IMG/VR virus record: IMGVR_UViG_2681812962_000001 | Coordinates: 1 to 64,000 of that record | Origin: a virus | Lineage: Duplodnaviria > Caudoviricetes | Strand: one strand, 5' to 3' | Length of the DNA stretch: 64,000 bases | Part shown: one piece after another, positions 12,401 through 20,610 of the stretch | How the letters are laid out: each line of letters starts with the position of its first letter | Position numbering within the stretch: position 1 is the stretch's first letter | The notes under the pieces: generated by a model | What the model was told of the DNA's origin: nothing | The model's database searches: none | What the model saw: only the letters and a program-made list of their open reading frames with translations | Made by a program: the position numbers and the translations under genes

Positions 12401-14319
12401 CGGCGGTATGCCTGGACAGCGATAGAGTAGTAGAGGTTGGCCGGAATACCGGAGAACGTGTAAGAACGTGCTACTGGATTATTAACATTAATTTCCGTTT
12501 CTTTAGCATTAGTTGCGCCAAAAACATACTTATCGGAGAGGTTGCTAGAGTAAAGGTAGAGCTGGAAACCGTCAATGTTATGCTCGTCTTTTTCATCTGT
12601 AGGGAAGTCCCAGTTTAGAGTTAAATCTACAGAGCCGTTATCGTTCTCTGTGTGGGAAATAGGAGAAGTCGGTAGGGTAGGATCGGCAGGAGTTGTGCTA
12701 ATACGGTCATTACGGAGAGTGAAGTTTTGGTGAGTATACTCATAGTTGGCTTTCTTCGCATTGTATTCTGTCTTTGCTTTTTCAACTGCATATAATGCAC
12801 TAATTACCTTTTCGGCGTCAGACTGAACTCGTTTTTGGTTGCTAAGAGTGATAGAGATATTACGCTGATCAAAGTCGAATGTCATCTCAATAACTTTAGC
12901 TTTAATGTCAATGTCTAGCTGTCTGTGATGGTTGCGTATAATGTCGCCTAATGATAGACGATTCCAGTTTTTCTTCTCGCTTGAAACTTCGAAGAAATTG
13001 ACTATGTTAGTAGTCACATTAACTGGGGGAGTATTCATTTCAGCCAACTGTTCTATACCAGCATCATATAACTCAGACTCGTCGTAGATGTTGTCGTTAG
13101 ACCATTCTTCTTCGTGAATAAAGTTTTGTTCTAACTCAGCCAGGAGAGCAGGGGAGAGGTTGTTTTCAAGTTTTAGCTTTCCTTTTAAAATACCGATTTT
13201 ATCCTGAATTGCTGTTACTTCAGATTTGATAGTATCGATTTTTTTCTTCTGATCATCATATGCTTTAACTTTGGCATCGGCATCAGCCTTAGCAGCAGTT
13301 AAATCTGCTCCCTGAATGCTTTTTCTTGTTTCCAGGAAGTCTAAAGCTTTTTCCTTTTCAAGCTTTTTATTGAACAGTTCTGTTTCAGCAGCTAACTGTT
13401 CTTTTTGTTTAGCAGTTAGATTATCGAGAAACTGTTTGTACTCTGTGTTAGTTTTGTTGACTAGTTCATTGTAATCCAAAATAGCATGCGCAAGGTCATC
13501 GGTCATGTATTCGCTGGATTGAATTACATTTCTATTCTCGTCTCTTTGGAAAGGATAGAGGTAGAAAGAGAAATCATCAACGTAGGATTGGCCAGTTGGA
13601 TTAACACCGTTTATGCTAAGGCCGTCTTTGCCGGTTACAATTAATCGCGTAACTAGTTGATCTATATCTATCTGGTCAGTAATGGAATCCATATACTTCC
13701 CGTCACGGTTTATAAAACCTTTGTATTCAGAGAGCTCATCCTCTTTGTAGAAATGAATTTTATTCAGTGCCGTATCGAATTGAGGTATTACCTTAAATGT
13801 CTCACATACTGTGTAAAACAAATCTAGGCGGGTCACTCCAGATACATCAAAGGATCGAGCCTTAAGCTGAATCTCCGGGTTAATATAGCCAATTGTAAGC
13901 CCTGTGTCTTTAAGGATATCTTCCATTACTTGCTTAAGAGAATATGAGGTTACTTCGTAAACTCTCATTTTCCTCCAAATTAGCGAATGAGGAGCTAATT
14001 TACAAGTAACGCTATATGAATCTGCAGTCGAATTAGACTTACTAATACCAGTAATGACATACCACTCAGGCTCAAAAAAATATGAAGAAAACTTAATTAC
14101 GTAACGTTCTTTAAGCATTTTCATTACAGGGTTTTTAATACGTTTGTGATTTCTTACTATGTACAATGGAACTTGGAAACTCAGATCATTAAGCTTTCCA
14201 AAGCGAGGAGTAAATTGTAGCCCATTGAAATGAGTTATATTAGCGATTTTTTGTCGATAGGGTTTATGTAGTGAAATCTTAGGTCTTTTAAACTCATAGT
14301 TCTTTTCAATAGTGTAAAT
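6427..14319 (-). CDS. yomG: Very large tail tip (Tal)/host-specificity protein, ~2630 aa: YomG-like N-terminus, FN3, long coiled-coil repeats with CBM-like inserts, C-terminal peptidase S74 chaperone; probable ATT start
   Basis: Frame is open 51 codons upstream of the ORF-track start, to ATT at 14319 with AAGGAGG 8 nt upstream; GxRNL..QLEKG carbohydrate-binding-like modules; SSIKFKSN S74-type motif. Confidence 0.8.
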   Translation of the reverse strand: MYTIEKNYEFKRPKISLHKPYRQKIANITHFNGLQFTPRFGKLNDLSFQVPLYIVRNHKRIKNPVMKMLKERYVIKFSSYFFEPEWYVITGISKSNSTADSYSVTCKLAPHSLIWRKMRVYEVTSYSLKQVMEDILKDTGLTIGYINPEIQLKARSFDVSGVTRLDLFYTVCETFKVIPQFDTALNKIHFYKEDELSEYKGFINRDGKYMDSITDQIDIDQLVTRLIVTGKDGLSINGVNPTGQSYVDDFSFYLYPFQRDENRNVIQSSEYMTDDLAHAILDYNELVNKTNTEYKQFLDNLTAKQKEQLAAETELFNKKLEKEKALDFLETRKSIQGADLTAAKADADAKVKAYDDQKKKIDTIKSEVTAIQDKIGILKGKLKLENNLSPALLAELEQNFIHEEEWSNDNIYDESELYDAGIEQLAEMNTPPVNVTTNIVNFFEVSSEKKNWNRLSLGDIIRNHHRQLDIDIKAKVIEMTFDFDQRNISITLSNQKRVQSDAEKVISALYAVEKAKTEYNAKKANYEYTHQNFTLRNDRISTTPADPTLPTSPISHTENDNGSVDLTLNWDFPTDEKDEHNIDGFQLYLYSSNLSDKYVFGATNAKETEINVNNPVARSYTFSGIPANLYYSIAVQAYRRVDTDVNVNGIILSEKISNKEPYRPKASIEMKGNVAGKLNDINFKFSEEDPPVDGEANVKITSEGGFEVYDFEQQKYISKYDVASEEIKDDLENVKDNIDKIKDELQVITDEDTLIRDNLEDFQIDTGKKLEEMQNLQKELEDKATALEEKAAGMVQDIADKADLEYVNGELIAKVDLTQYEEEYNTIRDDLLKKVDIEKYQQEYDAILESLIGKADDSTVDSKLAELNRNLQASLQEVETAKANISTVRQDVTNALAEIEAHKDAIAVHGGQLSTISTELDEVKGSFAVQAQTLTDLDGKMSKARADISLNSQEIASRVKQLDFDNLGEEVSSQETLIQQQATSIGLKANATDVYKKNEVDTALGNKVDATSYNEKMSSIDLTVNGINQKVSNQETVLNELDDTVLSHSTKISEIDQKADSISLKVSETEADLENVKDSVSTANAEIKLNKEAIALKAEKIEMDDLGDRLATTESSLTVMNDAIASKVGQEELNTVTGRLATAESNIEQTSTAIKSKVEQTDFDLLNGKFTNQTAQINTLADQINLQVSEEEFNNLSDTVASQGTQIFLNKDAIQAKADKTTLDIVTGRLEVAESNMIANSNAIEQRVTKTEFDKLELGGRNYILDSEKLLTWATPNPNYLQITYTSVHPNAGKYLSEDKYYTLSLQVKANETMRPFQNIVVGKIGTDNWALRLSETSMSKKPLADGWVQYSGYFRVKGDGNEQLQSYVKIIVEGNTGNAEAKKIQLEDGTKVSSWSAAPEDTGKDISNLDNRMTKAETSITQTANDITFKADKSTTYTKSEVEGKLYEVNLKISDANTLITQNTEAIKLKASSSDVYTRTQADNLLGGKAGKGEFDALVTKVNLNSSELAVQSDAINARVTRDEYENLEFGATNLMDGSGNFVDSFASFMSNGATLSTDKAATYRSFNTIKVVGNGGLKTVNWIELEPNTTYTYSITAKADKAIAGNKGTPLHMWLSSTKASGEHKEIIISHNSTIGTTFGKSWITFKTPNDNQRYYWQGFVYNIGTAIVNVANFQLEKGNKASDWRLSASDQTAYVDSSLSPVKERVSQSEASLKIQADRIEQLVTKTESNAGRISQAETRISQTESDIELRATKTEVANKVDQGTYSKFVTDTNASLKVANDAIATKVSSSQLTTGINEAINQIKIGSRNLLVDTDFSIGGNIGKWKRWSTNTNSDGIASSVTFTTGETKRFMRIESIRGATQGTTFGVQSPDRFNVVAGQEYVLSFLVAVHPNAENTMNYTYLMYDDASNQGISTNKRVSEHKVYGRFLGNYDLYVYEYVIKFTARTSSDSAYILLGDRVASDLSSSSYGLIFVSDIQLEKGNVPTDYSPSPEDIKRRISQAESSIAQQASEIKLKVSQSELNAVTNRLSTAESSITQQANQINLRVEKNNVLSAIKLTPEKIKISTDRLLIGDFANYASWENKGDQNTSPWGADAIVDTSTYKSSNSSFRIPPGKVGIGLKRDIPVQGGDKIYYSFWIKTDSNWNGKADNSKLRFGNQNGALLAAYNYQGVKPNWTFIEGVYTVPSTGVSLLQISIGNDGTTGNIWLDDITLTKQMSAVKIEDGAIKAKHLSVEGIDAKYITSGTLDAGRITVQGGSGNEYAKIDGALLSTRGQYSRTWFGQTESLDSEITVGGGMVRITKVNDSRGRRNLYFTNNGISTTAVGADGDEGTGSGVVEFFSHMFDTERRGLTLYSNLGTIGLKTDSRDIVMDAARDTIIMASTGRVILRPKDDNRVGNNHFSFTVKQNSSSSDTDGVLQYGSPLTNFGSSLRFGKSSVNPTVWVTNGNGDYNTGDLVARDVTATRDLIGNIRSSSSNIYMMGDGEVRVVDSKGYNGGNMTYRPVRAGSFPTGSSIKFKSNLEKFETHASELVSSQQVWTYHLQSNLDKLIFDKPKVGFINEMVNPLMRDEDGVDPYSIVSILWKSQQEQIEAVKNLLQDYEALSLALNAEISRNNKLESRLNLAQL

Positions 14320-14333
14320 AACTTACGCCTCCT

Positions 14334-15101
14334 TTAGAAATATTTGAATTCATATTCAAAGCTAATGATACAACTGCCTTTAATATTTAATCGGTTAATA
14401 CCAACGGGCAGCTTTATGTACTCTTCGTTCGAGCTATCGTAGCGTGAGATACCCAGTAAACTTGTTTCGATTAACTCATTTGCACAGTCAATAGTAACCT
14501 TTTCACCATCTTGCAAATCTTCAATTTTAAATGGGGAATCATAACTTGAAAGGTTCTCGATCTCAATGCTGCCATTTCCTGTTTTCTCAATGTGAATTAC
14601 TGGCATAATTGGTAGTTCACCGTTATTGTCAATCTCAATCGGAACTTTGATTAATGGGTCGGCAGTGTTGTAGATAGGGGAGGATATGATATGGCTGTAA
14701 GAGAAAGGTGAGTCGCATCTTACTTGAACAGTAATATAGCCTTCACCTCTAGCGTTGTGCTTGAGGGTTGAAACGTCATGGAATAATACATAAAATACCT
14801 TGTCAATGTCTGCTTCAAATGAAAGGGGAGCGTAGTTATCAAGGTATAGCCATTTCTTAATGTTACTAAGATCGAACTCGTTAAATTTCTTGTTGACGTA
14901 AAGAGTTAGTGGGAAGGAAAGAGGCTCAGTATCTAAACCTTCGAAGTAGGGTATATCATTGTTCTTCACTTTTGTTTCTCTGATAGTTCTATTTGCTGCA
15001 AAGCTCTCTTCGTATAAGTCACTGCCTTGATTGACACTAATTACGTTGTAATCACTTGACTTCTCATTGTTGAACAGAAAAAATAAAGATTCTTTTATCA
15101 A
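14334..15101 (-). CDS. yomH: Distal tail protein (Dit)
   Basis: Follows tape measure; PLSF, RCDSPF, LPVGINRL typical of siphophage Dit. Confidence 0.8.
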   Translation of the reverse strand: MIKESLFFLFNNEKSSDYNVISVNQGSDLYEESFAANRTIRETKVKNNDIPYFEGLDTEPLSFPLTLYVNKKFNEFDLSNIKKWLYLDNYAPLSFEADIDKVFYVLFHDVSTLKHNARGEGYITVQVRCDSPFSYSHIISSPIYNTADPLIKVPIEIDNNGELPIMPVIHIEKTGNGSIEIENLSSYDSPFKIEDLQDGEKVTIDCANELIETSLLGISRYDSSNEEYIKLPVGINRLNIKGSCIISFEYEFKYF

Positions 15102-15141
15102 GTTTTCACCTCCAAATAAAGAAGGAGGGCTATGCCCCCCC

Positions 15142-18100
15142 TTAGGTTGTTCTAAGAATTAAACCTCGTCCAGTTAACTTATTATTAAATGTGTTGAACA
15201 ACTCATTCGCTCCAGAAGCATCTCCCATAAGTTTATCGATACTTATCTGAATAGGCATTGTCGTAAGAGTGGACGCATTCTGAATAGCATCCTTACGAAG
15301 AGGCATCTTTGCGTTCTGCACTTGTTGATCAGAGATACTCCGGGCTTCCTTAACAATATCTAGCACGTTTGCGGTATCATGTTGATTCAATACAATTTCT
15401 TTTTGGTGCAGCATAGCTAGCTTGCCTGTGCTCGAACCCCAAGAGCCGGTGTATCCACCTGTATCGAAGGAAGATACATTCTTACCGGTCTTATTTCCAG
15501 AAACGATTACAGTTAAAGCGTCAGATGCTTCTTTTAACCGGTCAACAAGGTTATTGGAAATACTATTACCGATTTCCTCCATATTCTTGTTAATGAAGTC
15601 TGTAAAACTAGATAGTTGCTTATTAATGTCTTTAATCTGACCATTCATGATTTTTTGTTCAATAGAATCAAAGTATCTATCATCATTAATCAAGTCATCA
15701 TATTTATCATTTATAGCTTCTGTATCCTTCTCTAACTGATCGGTTAATGCTTCCTTACGCTTCTCATCTTCTCGATCTTGTAGGAACTCATCCAGTGACT
15801 CCTGGGCTTCTTCGATTTGTTTCTTAAGGTCTTCACGCTGAGATTTAGCCCATTCTGAATCGTCAAGTGAGAGTTTACCGTACTTATCTTGGAGCTCCTG
15901 TAGCTCTTTGTTTCGCTTTTCCAGTTCTTTGTTAAATTGCTCATCATCAGCTTTAGAATCGATTTCATCTATAATCTTATTGGTGGCGTCCTCAGCATTC
16001 TTAAGCTCTATATCACGCATCTTTTCGTACATTTCTTTATAAATGTCAACTACTTCATCAGACATGTTCTGATAAATGGAGGAGATAGCCTGACCAGTGT
16101 TATAAACTTCAAGGGTTAAATCTTTTTGCTTATCTTCCCAGTTTTCAATTTCAGAAGTTATTTGATCATAGAGGTCAGGGAAGCCTTTAACTGTCTTACG
16201 CTGTTCTTTGAGCTGTTTAATATAATCCTTCACAGCTTTTTGCTGTTGCTGTAGGTTTTTATATTGATCGCTGTAGTATTTGACCTGATCTTTTTCTTCT
16301 GGGGTCATTGATATTTTGTCGCTTAGATTCTCAAACTTGTCAGTAATCTTCTCATAGGCATCAGCAATTTTCTTGAGCTTTTCTTCTACTTTTGAGGACA
16401 TTATAGATTCTTCAATTTGGAATAGCTGCTGCTTGTAATCCTCTAGAGTAATCTGAGCATTATTTAGCTCTTGAGAAAGCTGAACTCTTTGAGCAGCTGT
16501 TAAAGCTTTGTTAGTTTTAATTTCTCGCTGGATGAAACGAATTTTCTCTTCTTGAATACTTTTTTGCCTCTTGGTGTCGTTTAATTGCTTAGAAGTGATA
16601 CTTCGCCATTTTTCAGAGGTTTCATCATACTTTTGTAATTCAGTATCATACTTTGCTAAATTAACATCTAAGTCAGCTATGCGCTTGTCATAACCTGCGA
16701 GGTATGATTCTACAATGTCATAATTCAACTGCTCTATCTGCTCATCAATGCCGGCGATTTCTGATTGTAAATTCACTACTTCGGAACGAGCATTTGCAAC
16801 ATTCTGCTGATTCTGAGCGACAGTAGAAGAGTAGTCCGTTAGTGCATCAAGGTAAGTATTAGGATTAATCGTATTTCCGCTCTGATCCTCAATTTGCAAA
16901 TGAAGATGAGCACCAGTTGATTGACCTGTATTTCCAACTTTACCTAACTGTTGACCTGCAGCAACTCTATCACCGGCTTTTACATCCAAGCCTTTTTGCA
17001 TGTGCATATACTTTGCAACAGTGCCGTCATCTTGTTGAACAACAACCCAGTATCCAGCTGATTTTGAATAAGCAGCTGTAATGACTTTACCGTTTTGCAG
17101 AGACTTAACCGGATCACCTTGTTTACCATTGGCCAAGTCAATTCCTTTATGCTTCGTGGACCCACGCTTTTCCATGTAATCAGAAGTTTGACGGAAATTG
17201 TTTTTATAGTAGTCAGCTACAGATTTTGCAGCGTCTGTTGTCTGCGTTACAACAGACCCAGCATACTTGGAGTAGTTTGCTAAAACTCTATCAGCATAGT
17301 TTTTAGGTTCTTTCCATTGACCCTGAGCAGAAGACAGTATCTTCGAAACGTTACCAGCACCAGCGTTATAGGCGTAAAGTGCTTTCTGTATATCCCCACC
17401 GAATTTCTCAAGCTGCTGAGCTATGTACTTAGTACCACCCATAATGTTTTGGTATGGGTCATAAGCGTTTTTTACACCCAAATCGCTCGCAGTACCTGGC
17501 ATGAGTTGCATAAGCCCCATTGCACCAGCACCAGATCGAGCGTTAGTGTTGAAATTGGACTCCTGTTTAATTATTGCTGCGATTAGGTTGGCATCGACTC
17601 CATATTTTTGAGCAGCTTGGTTAATGTAGTCGCCGTATTTGCCACCTCCGACATTAGAGGAAAGAGGGGAGTATCCTAAGCCAGAGGAGGTTGATCCACC
17701 TGAGGTAGTAGTGACAATACCTGTGGGAGCAATGTAACCAGATTTTATCTGTCTCTCTAAAGACTTGGATTGCTCTTGCAAGATTTGCTTTTTTTCTTTG
17801 AGCATCTTGATCTCGCTTTTAACGGCGTCACGATACTTTTTAGAGTGACCAGGATAGTCATTGAGGAGGTTGTTTTGCTTTTCTATCTCTAGATTAAGCT
17901 TCTCTAAATCCAACTTGTATTTTTCAGCTACATATTTGGATGACTCAATTTCTTCTTGCTTATCCTTCTCGGATTCTGAAACATTATCGTTAGATTCAGA
18001 TAACTTCTCATTGGACGTACCAACTTCATTCAATGCTGTAGATGAAGCTTCAACCATACTTTTCATTTTCTCGATGCCATCAAGATTCTCAACAATACCA

Positions 18101-20379
18101 TCTAATTCATTACGCTGTTCCGACAAAGCTTGAATTTTAGCCATGTCTTGGCCATTCATGGTTCCACCTGAAGCGATAGTGTCACCAATCTCGTCGCCAG
18201 CTTCAGTTAGGGCTTTTCTGGCATCCGCAACGGATTTGATTGCCTCAATCTGTAAGCCGTAGTTATTAAGGATCTTAACTGTGGCGTTTGCTTGATTGAT
18301 CAAATCTTGTTGAACAGCATTTTGCATGTCAGTGTAAGATTTGACTTTGGCATCTCTAAGTTTAATGATAGCATCTTGGTTAACGGAGATTACACCGTTT
18401 TGGATTGAGATAGCTCCTGCGAGATCTTCTTCATTTTGCATGAGCGTAACTGCTTCTGCTGCAGATAGCTGTTTCCCTTCGGCTAACTTTTTAAGTAGGT
18501 TATTAAGAGGGGAGACTTCATCAGTTAATGCATTATAAGCGTCACCTAGAAGTAGTTCAGTAGCTTTCTGATGCTGCTGAGTATCAACTAACTCTTGCGC
18601 TATGTCTAATAACGCTTGGTAGTTTCCTCTTGCATTCTGTATGGCCTCGTCCATTGAATCTACTGCATCAGCAGAACCCTCGAAGGCCTCGGCCATCGCG
18701 TCGCCTTCTTCTGAATAGGTCTGTGCAGCTGCTTGGGATTCAATTGTTTGTTTCTCTAGGGAACCACTAAGAATACCGACAACAGTTTCTGCGTCAGAAA
18801 GACCAACCTTTAAGGAAGTAAGAGAGGCAACTTGTTCATTATAAGCGTTAGTGCCTTCTTTTACTTTCTGACCAGAATCTGCAATCTTCTCGACAGCATC
18901 AAGCTGATCGACACTAAAACCGTCTAGGTTAAAGCCATCACCTAGATCTTTCTTAAGAGCAGAGACACGTTTAGCCAGCTCTTTGATTTGTTCAGTTGTT
19001 GTGTAACCTTTTTCTATAGATTGGTCACTAATCCATTGGATATCAACAGCAGTAAGACCTTTCATATCACCAATTACAGCAGCAATTGCCTCAGTTGATT
19101 CGACTGTTTTCTTGTTTATCTCATCAAACTTTTCACTGATATCTGCGCTTAATTCATCAGCTTTCTTTTGTGCAGATTCTGCTTGAACACCTAGAGTAAC
19201 ATCTCCAGATTTGTTTATTGTGTTCATAGAGTTTGCATAATTAAGCTCTTTTTCTTGTTCCTTTTGTAGTTTCTCTAGCTCCTCACGAGCTTTTTTGATG
19301 CTATCCGCATTTTGAGAAAGGGTGTTTGGAGCTTGTAGAAGAGTCTTCTGTTTTTCGAGCTCGGCTTCTCGTTCGAGGAGCTTAATACGTTCCTCAAGGA
19401 TGCCGGAGTTATAGAGTATCGCATTTCCTTTTTCATCTTCTCCAGCTTTTACAGAAGGGAGGAGGGCAGCGAGCTCATTTTGAATTCGAAGATATTCTTC
19501 TTCTTGCTCGTTGTTTCGATCAATAGAGGAAAGTTTAGTGTAGGATTCAACAAGTTCATCTACCTTGTCCTTATCAGAAGAGAGAGATTCAAGAGAGGTT
19601 TCTTGGTTCTTAGTGAATTCTTCTTGCTTAGCTCGGGCATCAGCATATGCCGATGTTAATTTTTCTACTGCTAAGCCTATACCAGCAAAAACCAATCCGA
19701 CACCAGTTGTAGCAAGTAAACCACGCATTGCAGTTTTAAAGACATTTGTAGCAACTGTTGCTCTAGAAGCACCTGCTTCTATATTAGCAAACTGTCTATT
19801 AGCGTCAGATAGAGAGTCTGCACCGAATATCATGGCCGTGGAAAGAATGCGGAAGTTTTTGCTTAACAAAAAGACAGCTACGGATGCTGCAGCAAAGAGG
19901 GGAGGGAGCATACCAACATTTTCAGCGAAACCGGCTAATTTTTCTAATGCACCTCCTGCTATTTCAGTGAATGCTATTATACCGTCAGATAAAAATGCCT
20001 CTCCAAGAACTAGGGAAAGTTCTGTCCATCGATTCTGTAGTATGTTTAGCCTTGCTTGCAATGAATCTGCGTATTTCTCCTGCTCACGAGCTGCGCTGCC
20101 GAAGCTACCCATTGAAACGGAAGAAGCTTCTTGCGCGGTGGAAAATCCCTCCATGAGCGCAAGAAATCGCGACAAATGCTCCCGTCCAGCCAGCGTTACA
20201 GCTGTATTCTGCTGCTGCTCTGAACTTAAGCTGTTCCACTGAGATGCTAGTTGATCAAGTATGTCAGACACAGGTCTTACATCGCCGGTCACATCTTTTA
20301 CAGCGATACCTAATGAAGTCAGCTGCTCTTCAGCTGCTCCCATAGTTGTGATACGGGAGAGTATTGTTTTCAAACTGTT
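15142..20379 (-). CDS. yomI: Tape measure protein exon 2 (contains SLT lytic transglycosylase and M23 peptidase domains)
   Basis: Begins NSLKTILSRI, continuing the TMP motif; IIKQESNFN..GAMGLMQLM (SLT); HKGIDLA..HLH (M23); spliced product 2296 aa. Confidence 0.9.
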   Translation of the reverse strand, partial: NSLKTILSRITTMGAAEEQLTSLGIAVKDVTGDVRPVSDILDQLASQWNSLSSEQQQNTAVTLAGREHLSRFLALMEGFSTAQEASSVSMGSFGSAAREQEKYADSLQARLNILQNRWTELSLVLGEAFLSDGIIAFTEIAGGALEKLAGFAENVGMLPPLFAAASVAVFLLSKNFRILSTAMIFGADSLSDANRQFANIEAGASRATVATNVFKTAMRGLLATTGVGLVFAGIGLAVEKLTSAYADARAKQEEFTKNQETSLESLSSDKDKVDELVESYTKLSSIDRNNEQEEEYLRIQNELAALLPSVKAGEDEKGNAILYNSGILEERIKLLEREAELEKQKTLLQAPNTLSQNADSIKKAREELEKLQKEQEKELNYANSMNTINKSGDVTLGVQAESAQKKADELSADISEKFDEINKKTVESTEAIAAVIGDMKGLTAVDIQWISDQSIEKGYTTTEQIKELAKRVSALKKDLGDGFNLDGFSVDQLDAVEKIADSGQKVKEGTNAYNEQVASLTSLKVGLSDAETVVGILSGSLEKQTIESQAAAQTYSEEGDAMAEAFEGSADAVDSMDEAIQNARGNYQALLDIAQELVDTQQHQKATELLLGDAYNALTDEVSPLNNLLKKLAEGKQLSAAEAVTLMQNEEDLAGAISIQNGVISVNQDAIIKLRDAKVKSYTDMQNAVQQDLINQANATVKILNNYGLQIEAIKSVADARKALTEAGDEIGDTIASGGTMNGQDMAKIQALSEQRNELDGIVENLDGIEKMKSMVEASSTALNEVGTSNEKLSESNDNVSESEKDKQEEIESSKYVAEKYKLDLEKLNLEIEKQNNLLNDYPGHSKKYRDAVKSEIKMLKEKKQILQEQSKSLERQIKSGYIAPTGIVTTTSGGSTSSGLGYSPLSSNVGGGKYGDYINQAAQKYGVDANLIAAIIKQESNFNTNARSGAGAMGLMQLMPGTASDLGVKNAYDPYQNIMGGTKYIAQQLEKFGGDIQKALYAYNAGAGNVSKILSSAQGQWKEPKNYADRVLANYSKYAGSVVTQTTDAAKSVADYYKNNFRQTSDYMEKRGSTKHKGIDLANGKQGDPVKSLQNGKVITAAYSKSAGYWVVVQQDDGTVAKYMHMQKGLDVKAGDRVAAGQQLGKVGNTGQSTGAHLHLQIEDQSGNTINPNTYLDALTDYSSTVAQNQQNVANARSEVVNLQSEIAGIDEQIEQLNYDIVESYLAGYDKRIADLDVNLAKYDTELQKYDETSEKWRSITSKQLNDTKRQKSIQEEKIRFIQREIKTNKALTAAQRVQLSQELNNAQITLEDYKQQLFQIEESIMSSKVEEKLKKIADAYEKITDKFENLSDKISMTPEEKDQVKYYSDQYKNLQQQQKAVKDYIKQLKEQRKTVKGFPDLYDQITSEIENWEDKQKDLTLEVYNTGQAISSIYQNMSDEVVDIYKEMYEKMRDIELKNAEDATNKIIDEIDSKADDEQFNKELEKRNKELQELQDKYGKLSLDDSEWAKSQREDLKKQIEEAQESLDEFLQDREDEKRKEALTDQLEKDTEAINDKYDDLINDDRYFDSIEQKIMNGQIKDINKQLSSFTDFINKNMEEIGNSISNNLVDRLKEASDALTVIVSGNKTGKNVSSFDTGGYTGSWGSSTGKLAMLHQKEIVLNQHDTANVLDIVKEARSISDQQVQNAKMPLRKDAIQNASTLTTMPIQISIDKLMGDASGANELFNTFNNKLTGRGLILRTT

Positions 20380-20610
20380 CGGTCCTGTTACTTTCACCTA
20401 GCAGGCTACTGACCATAAACATATGGCGGTGAAGCACTTCAACTTCACTCTCTATGTTTCCATAGATGCTCAGACTGTCGCTTCAAGTGTCATACACTTG
20501 TCTTCCCACTCAGTCGTTCAGGCTGCCATTACGCTTGCCCCTTGTCGCCCTCGTCTTAACGTTAGGGGTTCCAAGTCAATCAGGGAGGATTTTACATCAG
20601 CAACTAGTTT
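20380..20610 (-). ncRNA. Group I self-splicing intron (231 nt, ORF-less) in the tape measure gene
   Basis: 5' exon ends in U; P1 CAUCGGU/GCUGAUG with U.G at the splice site; P10 AAACU(A)GUU pairs with 3' exon AACAGUUU; P7 A(C)GACUG/CAGUCU; P8 CAAGUGU/ACACUUG; P9 UCUAUG-GAAA-CAUAGA; terminal G; removal restores RESGNIIG-NSLKT. Confidence 0.92.

Noticed and set aside
19565-20242. 225-aa plus-strand ORF and the many other short antisense ORFs over tail, head and helicase genes
   Set aside because: Shadows of codon-biased genes on the opposite strand; no RBS or motifs
20380-20397. GTG start of the 1751-aa ORF as an independent gene, or stop read-through of the 231-nt insert
   Set aside because: The start lies within the intron 3' end with no RBS; two in-frame stops and a full group I structure favour splicing
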